Of a stretch of 7,508 nucleotides of DNA, positions 1 through 7,477 are shown piece after piece. Numbering within the stretch: the first letter of the stretch is position 1; each line of letters opens with the position of its first letter. Origin of the DNA: Naegleria gruberi (Eukaryota). A program made the translations under genes and the position numbers. The notes beneath the pieces were generated by a model. It worked only from the letters and a program-made list of their open reading frames with translations, made no database searches and was not told where the DNA came from. Location: assembly GCA_000004985.1 (NCBI GenBank), contig GG739134.1; one strand, given 5' to 3'.

Positions 1-165
1 CCATCGATGAGCAGGTTTTGATGAAGTAATTGATGATGAGTTATGTGAAATATTAATATTACGTTGAGGTGAATGTGATGATTTCAAGCTCCTACTCATT
101 CCCTCACTATCAGTATTACATAAACAATGTTCTCTCCTAGTAGTTCTCCTTATGAAAATTGGCAT
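1..165 (-). CDS. Hypothetical: possible N-terminal end of a divergently transcribed gene, a 55-codon Ser-rich low-complexity ORF that runs off the left window edge
   Basis: Hand translation of the minus strand gives an in-frame stop at 183..181. The first ATG is at 165..163 and a second is at 99..97. Reading continues open to position 1: MPIFIRRTTRREHCLCNTDSEGMSRSLKSSHSPQRNINISHNSSSITSSKPAHRW... The + strand TGATGA repeats at 19-39 and 76-81 are TCA (Ser) codons in this frame. It falls below the ORF-track length cutoff only because the window truncates it. No recognisable domain, and a chance open frame is quite possible. Confidence 0.2.
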   Translation of the reverse strand, partial: MPIFIRRTTRREHCLCNTDSEGMSRSLKSSHSPQRNINISHNSSSITSSKPAHRW

Positions 166-367
166 TTTGCTTTTAGATTGCTAAACGTAGATGAAGCAAA
201 TATTAAGCATGCTTATTCTTTTTTGAAAGTGAAAATCATCAAGAGAGATAATTGAATTTTCACCCATGCACGCTCGGAAGAATTCATCCAATAGAAGTCA
301 CACTACTGTTGAACATTTTTGGTTCTTCACAATAGAATGAATAATACTTCCTCGAGGAGAATCTTTC

Positions 368-402
368 AAAGATTTTTTCAATCTATTTAAAGATTTTTCA
401 AT
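368..402 (+). repeat. Tandem near-identical direct repeat AAAGATTTTTTCAAT / AAAGATTTTTCAAT, separated by CTATTT, immediately upstream of the GFA-gene ATG
   Basis: Seen directly in the sequence. 368-382 is aaagattttttcaat and 389-402 is aaagatttttcaat, which differ by one T. The pair overlaps or brackets the TATA-like element. Confidence 0.5.
384..392 (+). promoter_or_regulatory. TATA-like element TATTTAAAG, 25-33 nt upstream of the ATG at 417
   Basis: tatttaaag at 384-392. A-rich start context follows (ttaaATGt at 417, aaaaaaATGc at 435), and an in-frame TAA at 414-416 sits immediately before the ATG. The spacing implies a very short 5' UTR. Identification as a promoter is inferential. Confidence 0.3.
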
Positions 403-416
403 ATTGAAATTGTTAA

Positions 417-796
417 ATGTTTTACAATAAAAAAATGCAAATACTCACCTTCTCATGCCATTGTGGTTTCATGCAATGCGAAACAGCACAATCTCCCGAA
501 TCTCTTCAAAACCTCCAAGTTCTCGATTGTAATTGTTCCATATGCAAAAAGAAAGGTTTCCTCCATCACATTGTGAGTGAGAGTAATTTTGTATTGAAGA
601 GTCCTTCATCATTGAGTGATTTAGGTTGCTACACCTTCCAGACACATGTGGCAAAGCACTACTTTTGTCCAAAGTGTGGAATTTGTACCTTCTACAAGCC
701 GAGAAGTAATCCCGATGGTTGGAGTGTCAATATGAGATGTATTGTGGATGAATGCAAGGTGGATTATCAGGTGGAAAAGTTTGATGGTGAAAATTG
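417..796 (+). CDS. CENP-V / GFA (glutathione-dependent formaldehyde-activating enzyme-like) family zinc-binding domain protein. 5'-complete, 3' end lost in the N gap.
   Basis: The translation carries the diagnostic GFA/CENP-V cysteine motifs in order: SCHCGF, then DCNCSICKKKG (C-x-C-x2-C), then KHYFCPKCG (C-x2-C), then YKPRSNPDGWSVNMRC, ending FDGEN[W/C]. The domain's typical G-x-N-W terminus falls exactly at the gap edge, where codon 795-797 is tgN. A possible alternative start is at 435 (MQILTFSCHCG). There are no in-frame TAA/TAG/TGA in 127 codons. The stop codon is probably only a few codons into the gap. Confidence 0.8.
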
Positions 797-3700
797 NNNN
801 NNNNNNNNNNNNNNNNNNNNNNNNNNNNNNNNNNNNNNNNNNNNNNNNNNNNNNNNNNNNNNNNNNNNNNNNNNNNNNNNNNNNNNNNNNNNNNNNNNNN
901 NNNNNNNNNNNNNNNNNNNNNNNNNNNNNNNNNNNNNNNNNNNNNNNNNNNNNNNNNNNNNNNNNNNNNNNNNNNNNNNNNNNNNNNNNNNNNNNNNNNN
1001 NNNNNNNNNNNNNNNNNNNNNNNNNNNNNNNNNNNNNNNNNNNNNNNNNNNNNNNNNNNNNNNNNNNNNNNNNNNNNNNNNNNNNNNNNNNNNNNNNNNN
1101 NNNNNNNNNNNNNNNNNNNNNNNNNNNNNNNNNNNNNNNNNNNNNNNNNNNNNNNNNNNNNNNNNNNNNNNNNNNNNNNNNNNNNNNNNNNNNNNNNNNN
1201 NNNNNNNNNNNNNNNNNNNNNNNNNNNNNNNNNNNNNNNNNNNNNNNNNNNNNNNNNNNNNNNNNNNNNNNNNNNNNNNNNNNNNNNNNNNNNNNNNNNN
1301 NNNNNNNNNNNNNNNNNNNNNNNNNNNNNNNNNNNNNNNNNNNNNNNNNNNNNNNNNNNNNNNNNNNNNNNNNNNNNNNNNNNNNNNNNNNNNNNNNNNN
1401 NNNNNNNNNNNNNNNNNNNNNNNNNNNNNNNNNNNNNNNNNNNNNNNNNNNNNNNNNNNNNNNNNNNNNNNNNNNNNNNNNNNNNNNNNNNNNNNNNNNN
1501 NNNNNNNNNNNNNNNNNNNNNNNNNNNNNNNNNNNNNNNNNNNNNNNNNNNNNNNNNNNNNNNNNNNNNNNNNNNNNNNNNNNNNNNNNNNNNNNNNNNN
1601 NNNNNNNNNNNNNNNNNNNNNNNNNNNNNNNNNNNNNNNNNNNNNNNNNNNNNNNNNNNNNNNNNNNNNNNNNNNNNNNNNNNNNNNNNNNNNNNNNNNN
1701 NNNNNNNNNNNNNNNNNNNNNNNNNNNNNNNNNNNNNNNNNNNNNNNNNNNNNNNNNNNNNNNNNNNNNNNNNNNNNNNNNNNNNNNNNNNNNNNNNNNN
1801 NNNNNNNNNNNNNNNNNNNNNNNNNNNNNNNNNNNNNNNNNNNNNNNNNNNNNNNNNNNNNNNNNNNNNNNNNNNNNNNNNNNNNNNNNNNNNNNNNNNN
1901 NNNNNNNNNNNNNNNNNNNNNNNNNNNNNNNNNNNNNNNNNNNNNNNNNNNNNNNNNNNNNNNNNNNNNNNNNNNNNNNNNNNNNNNNNNNNNNNNNNNN
2001 NNNNNNNNNNNNNNNNNNNNNNNNNNNNNNNNNNNNNNNNNNNNNNNNNNNNNNNNNNNNNNNNNNNNNNNNNNNNNNNNNNNNNNNNNNNNNNNNNNNN
2101 NNNNNNNNNNNNNNNNNNNNNNNNNNNNNNNNNNNNNNNNNNNNNNNNNNNNNNNNNNNNNNNNNNNNNNNNNNNNNNNNNNNNNNNNNNNNNNNNNNNN
2201 NNNNNNNNNNNNNNNNNNNNNNNNNNNNNNNNNNNNNNNNNNNNNNNNNNNNNNNNNNNNNNNNNNNNNNNNNNNNNNNNNNNNNNNNNNNNNNNNNNNN
2301 NNNNNNNNNNNNNNNNNNNNNNNNNNNNNNNNNNNNNNNNNNNNNNNNNNNNNNNNNNNNNNNNNNNNNNNNNNNNNNNNNNNNNNNNNNNNNNNNNNNN
2401 NNNNNNNNNNNNNNNNNNNNNNNNNNNNNNNNNNNNNNNNNNNNNNNNNNNNNNNNNNNNNNNNNNNNNNNNNNNNNNNNNNNNNNNNNNNNNNNNNNNN
2501 NNNNNNNNNNNNNNNNNNNNNNNNNNNNNNNNNNNNNNNNNNNNNNNNNNNNNNNNNNNNNNNNNNNNNNNNNNNNNNNNNNNNNNNNNNNNNNNNNNNN
2601 NNNNNNNNNNNNNNNNNNNNNNNNNNNNNNNNNNNNNNNNNNNNNNNNNNNNNNNNNNNNNNNNNNNNNNNNNNNNNNNNNNNNNNNNNNNNNNNNNNNN
2701 NNNNNNNNNNNNNNNNNNNNNNNNNNNNNNNNNNNNNNNNNNNNNNNNNNNNNNNNNNNNNNNNNNNNNNNNNNNNNNNNNNNNNNNNNNNNNNNNNNNN
2801 NNNNNNNNNNNNNNNNNNNNNNNNNNNNNNNNNNNNNNNNNNNNNNNNNNNNNNNNNNNNNNNNNNNNNNNNNNNNNNNNNNNNNNNNNNNNNNNNNNNN
2901 NNNNNNNNNNNNNNNNNNNNNNNNNNNNNNNNNNNNNNNNNNNNNNNNNNNNNNNNNNNNNNNNNNNNNNNNNNNNNNNNNNNNNNNNNNNNNNNNNNNN
3001 NNNNNNNNNNNNNNNNNNNNNNNNNNNNNNNNNNNNNNNNNNNNNNNNNNNNNNNNNNNNNNNNNNNNNNNNNNNNNNNNNNNNNNNNNNNNNNNNNNNN
3101 NNNNNNNNNNNNNNNNNNNNNNNNNNNNNNNNNNNNNNNNNNNNNNNNNNNNNNNNNNNNNNNNNNNNNNNNNNNNNNNNNNNNNNNNNNNNNNNNNNNN
3201 NNNNNNNNNNNNNNNNNNNNNNNNNNNNNNNNNNNNNNNNNNNNNNNNNNNNNNNNNNNNNNNNNNNNNNNNNNNNNNNNNNNNNNNNNNNNNNNNNNNN
3301 NNNNNNNNNNNNNNNNNNNNNNNNNNNNNNNNNNNNNNNNNNNNNNNNNNNNNNNNNNNNNNNNNNNNNNNNNNNNNNNNNNNNNNNNNNNNNNNNNNNN
3401 NNNNNNNNNNNNNNNNNNNNNNNNNNNNNNNNNNNNNNNNNNNNNNNNNNNNNNNNNNNNNNNNNNNNNNNNNNNNNNNNNNNNNNNNNNNNNNNNNNNN
3501 NNNNNNNNNNNNNNNNNNNNNNNNNNNNNNNNNNNNNNNNNNNNNNNNNNNNNNNNNNNNNNNNNNNNNNNNNNNNNNNNNNNNNNNNNNNNNNNNNNNN
3601 NNNNNNNNNNNNNNNNNNNNNNNNNNNNNNNNNNNNNNNNNNNNNNNNNNNNNNNNNNNNNNNNNNNNNNNNNNNNNNNNNNNNNNNNNNNNNNNNNNNN

Positions 3701-6006
3701 NNNNNNNNNNNNNNNNNNNNNNNNNNNNNNNNNNNNNNNNNNNNNNNNNNNNNNNNNNNNNNNNNNNNNNNNNNNNNNNNNNNNNNNNNNNNNNNNNNNN
3801 NNNNNNNNNNNNNNNNNNNNNNNNNNNNNNNNNNNNNNNNNNNNNNNNNNNNNNNNNNNNNNNNNNNNNNNNNNNNNNNNNNNNNNNNNNNNNNNNNNNN
3901 NNNNNNNNNNNNNNNNNNNNNNNNNNNNNNNNNNNNNNNNNNNNNNNNNNNNNNNNNNNNNNNNNNNNNNNNNNNNNNNNNNNNNNNNNNNNNNNNNNNN
4001 NNNNNNNNNNNNNNNNNNNNNNNNNNNNNNNNNNNNNNNNNNNNNNNNNNNNNNNNNNNNNNNNNNNNNNNNNNNNNNNNNNNNNNNNNNNNNNNNNNNN
4101 NNNNNNNNNNNNNNNNNNNNNNNNNNNNNNNNNNNNNNNNNNNNNNNNNNNNNNNNNNNNNNNNNNNNNNNNNNNNNNNNNNNNNNNNNNNNNNNNNNNN
4201 NNNNNNNNNNNNNNNNNNNNNNNNNNNNNNNNNNNNNNNNNNNNNNNNNNNNNNNNNNNNNNNNNNNNNNNNNNNNNNNNNNNNNNNNNNNNNNNNNNNN
4301 NNNNNNNNNNNNNNNNNNNNNNNNNNNNNNNNNNNNNNNNNNNNNNNNNNNNNNNNNNNNNNNNNNNNNNNNNNNNNNNNNNNNNNNNNNNNNNNNNNNN
4401 NNNNNNNNNNNNNNNNNNNNNNNNNNNNNNNNNNNNNNNNNNNNNNNNNNNNNNNNNNNNNNNNNNNNNNNNNNNNNNNNNNNNNNNNNNNNNNNNNNNN
4501 NNNNNNNNNNNNNNNNNNNNNNNNNNNNNNNNNNNNNNNNNNNNNNNNNNNNNNNNNNNNNNNNNNNNNNNNNNNNNNNNNNNNNNNNNNNNNNNNNNNN
4601 NNNNNNNNNNNNNNNNNNNNNNNNNNNNNNNNNNNNNNNNNNNNNNNNNNNNNNNNNNNNNNNNNNNNNNNNNNNNNNNNNNNNNNNNNNNNNNNNNNNN
4701 NNNNNNNNNNNNNNNNNNNNNNNNNNNNNNNNNNNNNNNNNNNNNNNNNNNNNNNNNNNNNNNNNNNNNNNNNNNNNNNNNNNNNNNNNNNNNNNNNNNN
4801 NNNNNNNNNNNNNNNNNNNNNNNNNNNNNNNNNNNNNNNNNNNNNNNNNNNNNNNNNNNNNNNNNNNNNNNNNNNNNNNNNNNNNNNNNNNNNNNNNNNN
4901 NNNNNNNNNNNNNNNNNNNNNNNNNNNNNNNNNNNNNNNNNNNNNNNNNNNNNNNNNNNNNNNNNNNNNNNNNNNNNNNNNNNNNNNNNNNNNNNNNNNN
5001 NNNNNNNNNNNNNNNNNNNNNNNNNNNNNNNNNNNNNNNNNNNNNNNNNNNNNNNNNNNNNNNNNNNNNNNNNNNNNNNNNNNNNNNNNNNNNNNNNNNN
5101 NNNNNNNNNNNNNNNNNNNNNNNNNNNNNNNNNNNNNNNNNNNNNNNNNNNNNNNNNNNNNNNNNNNNNNNNNNNNNNNNNNNNNNNNNNNNNNNNNNNN
5201 NNNNNNNNNNNNNNNNNNNNNNNNNNNNNNNNNNNNNNNNNNNNNNNNNNNNNNNNNNNNNNNNNNNNNNNNNNNNNNNNNNNNNNNNNNNNNNNNNNNN
5301 NNNNNNNNNNNNNNNNNNNNNNNNNNNNNNNNNNNNNNNNNNNNNNNNNNNNNNNNNNNNNNNNNNNNNNNNNNNNNNNNNNNNNNNNNNNNNNNNNNNN
5401 NNNNNNNNNNNNNNNNNNNNNNNNNNNNNNNNNNNNNNNNNNNNNNNNNNNNNNNNNNNNNNNNNNNNNNNNNNNNNNNNNNNNNNNNNNNNNNNNNNNN
5501 NNNNNNNNNNNNNNNNNNNNNNNNNNNNNNNNNNNNNNNNNNNNNNNNNNNNNNNNNNNNNNNNNNNNNNNNNNNNNNNNNNNNNNNNNNNNNNNNNNNN
5601 NNNNNNNNNNNNNNNNNNNNNNNNNNNNNNNNNNNNNNNNNNNNNNNNNNNNNNNNNNNNNNNNNNNNNNNNNNNNNNNNNNNNNNNNNNNNNNNNNNNN
5701 NNNNNNNNNNNNNNNNNNNNNNNNNNNNNNNNNNNNNNNNNNNNNNNNNNNNNNNNNNNNNNNNNNNNNNNNNNNNNNNNNNNNNNNNNNNNNNNNNNNN
5801 NNNNNNNNNNNNNNNNNNNNNNNNNNNNNNNNNNNNNNNNNNNNNNNNNNNNNNNNNNNNNNNNNNNNNNNNNNNNNNNNNNNNNNNNNNNNNNNNNNNN
5901 NNNNNNNNNNNNNNNNNNNNNNNNNNNNNNNNNNNNNNNNNNNNNNNNNNNNNNNNNNNNNNNNNNNNNNNNNNNNNNNNNNNNNNNNNNNNNNNNNNNN
6001 NNNNNN
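797..6006. other. Unresolved or masked region: 5,210 consecutive N (assembly gap or masking)
   Basis: Read directly from the sequence. No information is available here. It hides the 3' end of the GFA gene, the 5' end, promoter and RING N-terminus of the downstream gene, and anything that lies between them. Confidence 0.97.
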
Positions 6007-6007
6007 C

Positions 6008-6115
6008 ATTTGTCATTTACCATTGATGGAGCCGATTATGCATTCATCATGTGAGAATATGTTCTGCTCCGATTGTGCAAAGAAACTTGTTGATAACAGA
6101 TGTCCATTGTGTAGA
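6008..6115 (+). other. RING-finger (TRAF-like C3HC4-type), C-terminal ~36 residues. The first Cys pair is presumably in the gap.
   Basis: The sequence is xICHLPLMEPIMHSSCENMFCSDCAKKLVDNRCPLCR. The spacing C-x12-C-x4-C-x2-C-x9-C-x2-C matches RING ligands 2,3,5,6,7,8, and the overall spacing resembles a TRAF6-type RING. The canonical His4 position (two residues after Cys3) is Asn here. Confidence 0.6.
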
Positions 6116-7477
6116 GCTGATAATTTAAATGAAAATTGTTCGACTGTTCCAAGGTTTGTAACCGACAAGTTGAATCAATTGAAAGTGCAATGCTCAATGT
6201 GTAAGGGTGGTGTTGAGAGAGGTCAATTGAAGGAGCATCAGGAAAAACATTGTCCTCTTCATGATGCTTATAAACAAGTTGATGAATTGAAAGAGACATT
6301 GAAAAGAAAATTCAATGACAAGCTAGAAAAGGAATATGCCAAGAGGACAAAGATATTGGAAAATACACAACATGAAGTGGTGAAATTATTGCAAAGCGAT
6401 TATGAAAAACTTGTCAAGCAAACAAAACAGGACTTTGAACAACGGAGGGATGAATTAACTCAGGAATTTGAATTGAAGGAGCAATCATTCAAAATTAGAG
6501 TTAATGAATTCGAAAATTCAGTTGTTTCTAGAGAGAAATTAGAAGCAAGTAACAAACCTATTCATTTAAATGTTAGAGGAAAAATCATGACAGTTTCGTT
6601 GGGTGATTTTATTCATAATGAAAGAGAGCCAGATAATTTATTCAAGAAAATGTTCACTGGTCAACATCCATGCTATCAAACACAATGTTCGACATTCAAC
6701 TCTGATCCAGTTTATTTTATTGATTGTGATCCAATTGTTTTTAAACATATTATCGAGTGGTTACAATACGGAGCTATTGCAATTGAATTGAGTAATGATG
6801 TGAAACGATCCCTTTTAAATACCTGTAAAAAGTTTGAATTGAAAAATATTATTAATGAATTGGAAAATGAAGAGTCAACAAGACTCAATTTGAAAAACTT
6901 TGTCAATTTACACAAAATTCAAAAGAGGTCATTGAATTTTAAATATTATAATTTTAATGATTTGAGTGCTTGTGATTTTAGTGGAATGAATTTAGAAAGT
7001 TCAAATTTCAAGATGCTAATACTGAAAGGATGTGATTTTAGCAATTGTAATTTAACTAATGCTAATTTTATAGAATGTGATATGATTGAATGTAATCTCA
7101 GTAATTCTATTTTGAATAATACTAATATTTCAAAAAGTAACTTGTCAGGAGCTAAAATTGATGTTTGTGAGTTGATTCAAAAGGTTGATTTTTCAAGATG
7201 TAATTTATCAAACATTTGTTTCAAACAATTTAAATTCGATAACGTAATATTTACAAACTCAATTATTGATGGATCTAAATTTGAGAATATTACTTTTGAA
7301 AAGTGTAAAATCAAAACACATTTTAAAAAGAATAATGGATTGATTAATTGTAAATATATTGCATGTGATTTCACTGGAACAATATTTGAAGAAATTGATT
7401 TCAAATTAATTGAACCAAGTTTATCAACCACTTTATTTAGTAATTGTACATTTAAGAATTCAGATTTGGGAAAATGA
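6008..7477 (+). CDS. 3' portion (489 codons plus TGA) of a multidomain protein: RING finger (C-terminal part), TRAF-type zinc finger, coiled coil, T1/KCTD-type BTB domain and pentapeptide-repeat domain. The 5' end is in the gap.
   Basis: The reading frame is continuous from the gap edge to TGA at 7475-7477, with no in-frame TAA/TAG. There are five recognisable domains in a sensible N-to-C order (see the sub-features). Codon usage is AT-rich and consistent with the GFA gene: AAA, GAA, CAA, AGA, GGT, TGT, with TTG roughly equal to TTA. All other ORFs in 6036-7431 lie in different frames or on the other strand inside this CDS. Confidence 0.9.
   Translation: MCHLPLMEPIMHSSCENMFCSDCAKKLVDNRCPLCRADNLNENCSTVPRFVTDKLNQLKVQCSMCKGGVERGQLKEHQEKHCPLHDAYKQVDELKETLKRKFNDKLEKEYAKRTKILENTQHEVVKLLQSDYEKLVKQTKQDFEQRRDELTQEFELKEQSFKIRVNEFENSVVSREKLEASNKPIHLNVRGKIMTVSLGDFIHNEREPDNLFKKMFTGQHPCYQTQCSTFNSDPVYFIDCDPIVFKHIIEWLQYGAIAIELSNDVKRSLLNTCKKFELKNIINELENEESTRLNLKNFVNLHKIQKRSLNFKYYNFNDLSACDFSGMNLESSNFKMLILKGCDFSNCNLTNANFIECDMIECNLSNSILNNTNISKSNLSGAKIDVCELIQKVDFSRCNLSNICFKQFKFDNVIFTNSIIDGSKFENITFEKCKIKTHFKKNNGLINCKYIACDFTGTIFEEIDFKLIEPSLSTTLFSNCTFKNSDLGK
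6137..6262 (+). other. TRAF-type zinc finger
   Basis: The sequence is NCSTVPRFVTDKLNQLKVQCSMCKGGVERGQLKEHQEKHCPLHD. The core spacing is C-x2-C-x11-H-x3-H-C, and the motif L-K-E-H-x3-H-C closely resembles the TRAF zinc-finger motif L-E-x-H-x3-C. Confidence 0.6.
6266..6553 (+). other. Predicted coiled-coil segment (~95 aa)
   Basis: AYKQVDELKETLKRKFNDKLEKEYAKRTKILENTQHEVVKLLQSDYEKLVKQTKQDFEQRRDELTQEFELKEQSFKIRVNEFENSVVSREKLEASN. It is rich in E, K, Q and L with heptad-like hydrophobic spacing and contains no Pro or Gly. Judged by eye; no coiled-coil program was run. Confidence 0.55.
6560..6853 (+). other. BTB/POZ domain of the T1 (K+ channel tetramerisation / KCTD) type
   Basis: The sequence is IHLNVRGKIMTVSLGDFIHNEREPDNLFKKMFTG...DPVYFIDCDPIVFKHIIEWLQYGAIAIELSNDVKRSLLNTCKKFELKNII. 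It matches the T1-BTB signature (LNVGG-x-F-x-T..., then FIDRD-x-x-F-x-x-IL-x-[YF]LR-x-G). Two things are atypical. There is a 17-aa Cys-containing insert (QHPCYQTQCSTFNSDPV). The usually conserved Arg of FIDRD is replaced by Cys (FIDCD). Confidence 0.75.
6947..7471 (+). repeat. Pentapeptide-repeat array (~35 pentads; predicted right-handed quadrilateral beta-helix), KCTD9/FIP2-like
   Basis: The register is YNFND LSACD FSGMN LESSN FKMLI LKGCD FSNCN LTNAN FIECD MIECN LSNSI LNNTN ISKSN LSGAK ... and runs to NSDLGK. Position 1 is hydrophobic (L/F/I/M), position 4 is small (A/C/S/N) and position 5 is D/N, which is the A(D/N)LXX consensus rotated. A 15-nt periodicity and a 60-nt super-period are visible at DNA level, for example tgtgatttta at 6971 and again at 7031. 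Confidence 0.8.

Noticed and set aside
150-175. Small imperfect palindrome aaaat-tggc-atttt
   Set aside because: It has only 5-nt arms and is expected by chance in AT-rich DNA.
127-255. 42-codon + strand ORF (MFSPSSSPYENWHFAFRLLNVDEANIKHAYSFLKVKIIKRDN*)
   Set aside because: It is short, has no motifs and overlaps the more extended minus-strand edge ORF. It is most likely chance.
469-672. 67-aa minus-strand ORF inside the GFA gene
   Set aside because: It lies antisense to a CDS with strong domain conservation. It has no recognisable motifs and is ordinary noise in AT-rich sequence.
417-6026. 1869-aa + strand ORF, and its counterparts 742..6054 (+), 621..6023 (-), 727..6009 (-), 767..6016 (-), that appear to span the window
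   Set aside because: Their length comes entirely from translating N as X. Only the real bases at each end are informative. The real part of 417..6026 is the GFA gene, and the few codons read after the gap (FVIYH*) are out of frame with the downstream gene.
6036-7431. Small ORFs 6036..6299 (-), 6603..6791 (+), 6712..6915 (-), 7177..7431 (-)
   Set aside because: All are embedded in other frames or the opposite strand of the well-supported multidomain CDS 6008-7477. They are low-complexity and have no domain signatures.
794-7477. 2227-aa ORF with its start at 794
   Set aside because: The start codon (TTG at 794) and the first 1737 codons are artefacts of the N-run. Only 6008-7477 is real coding sequence, and its true start lies in the gap.
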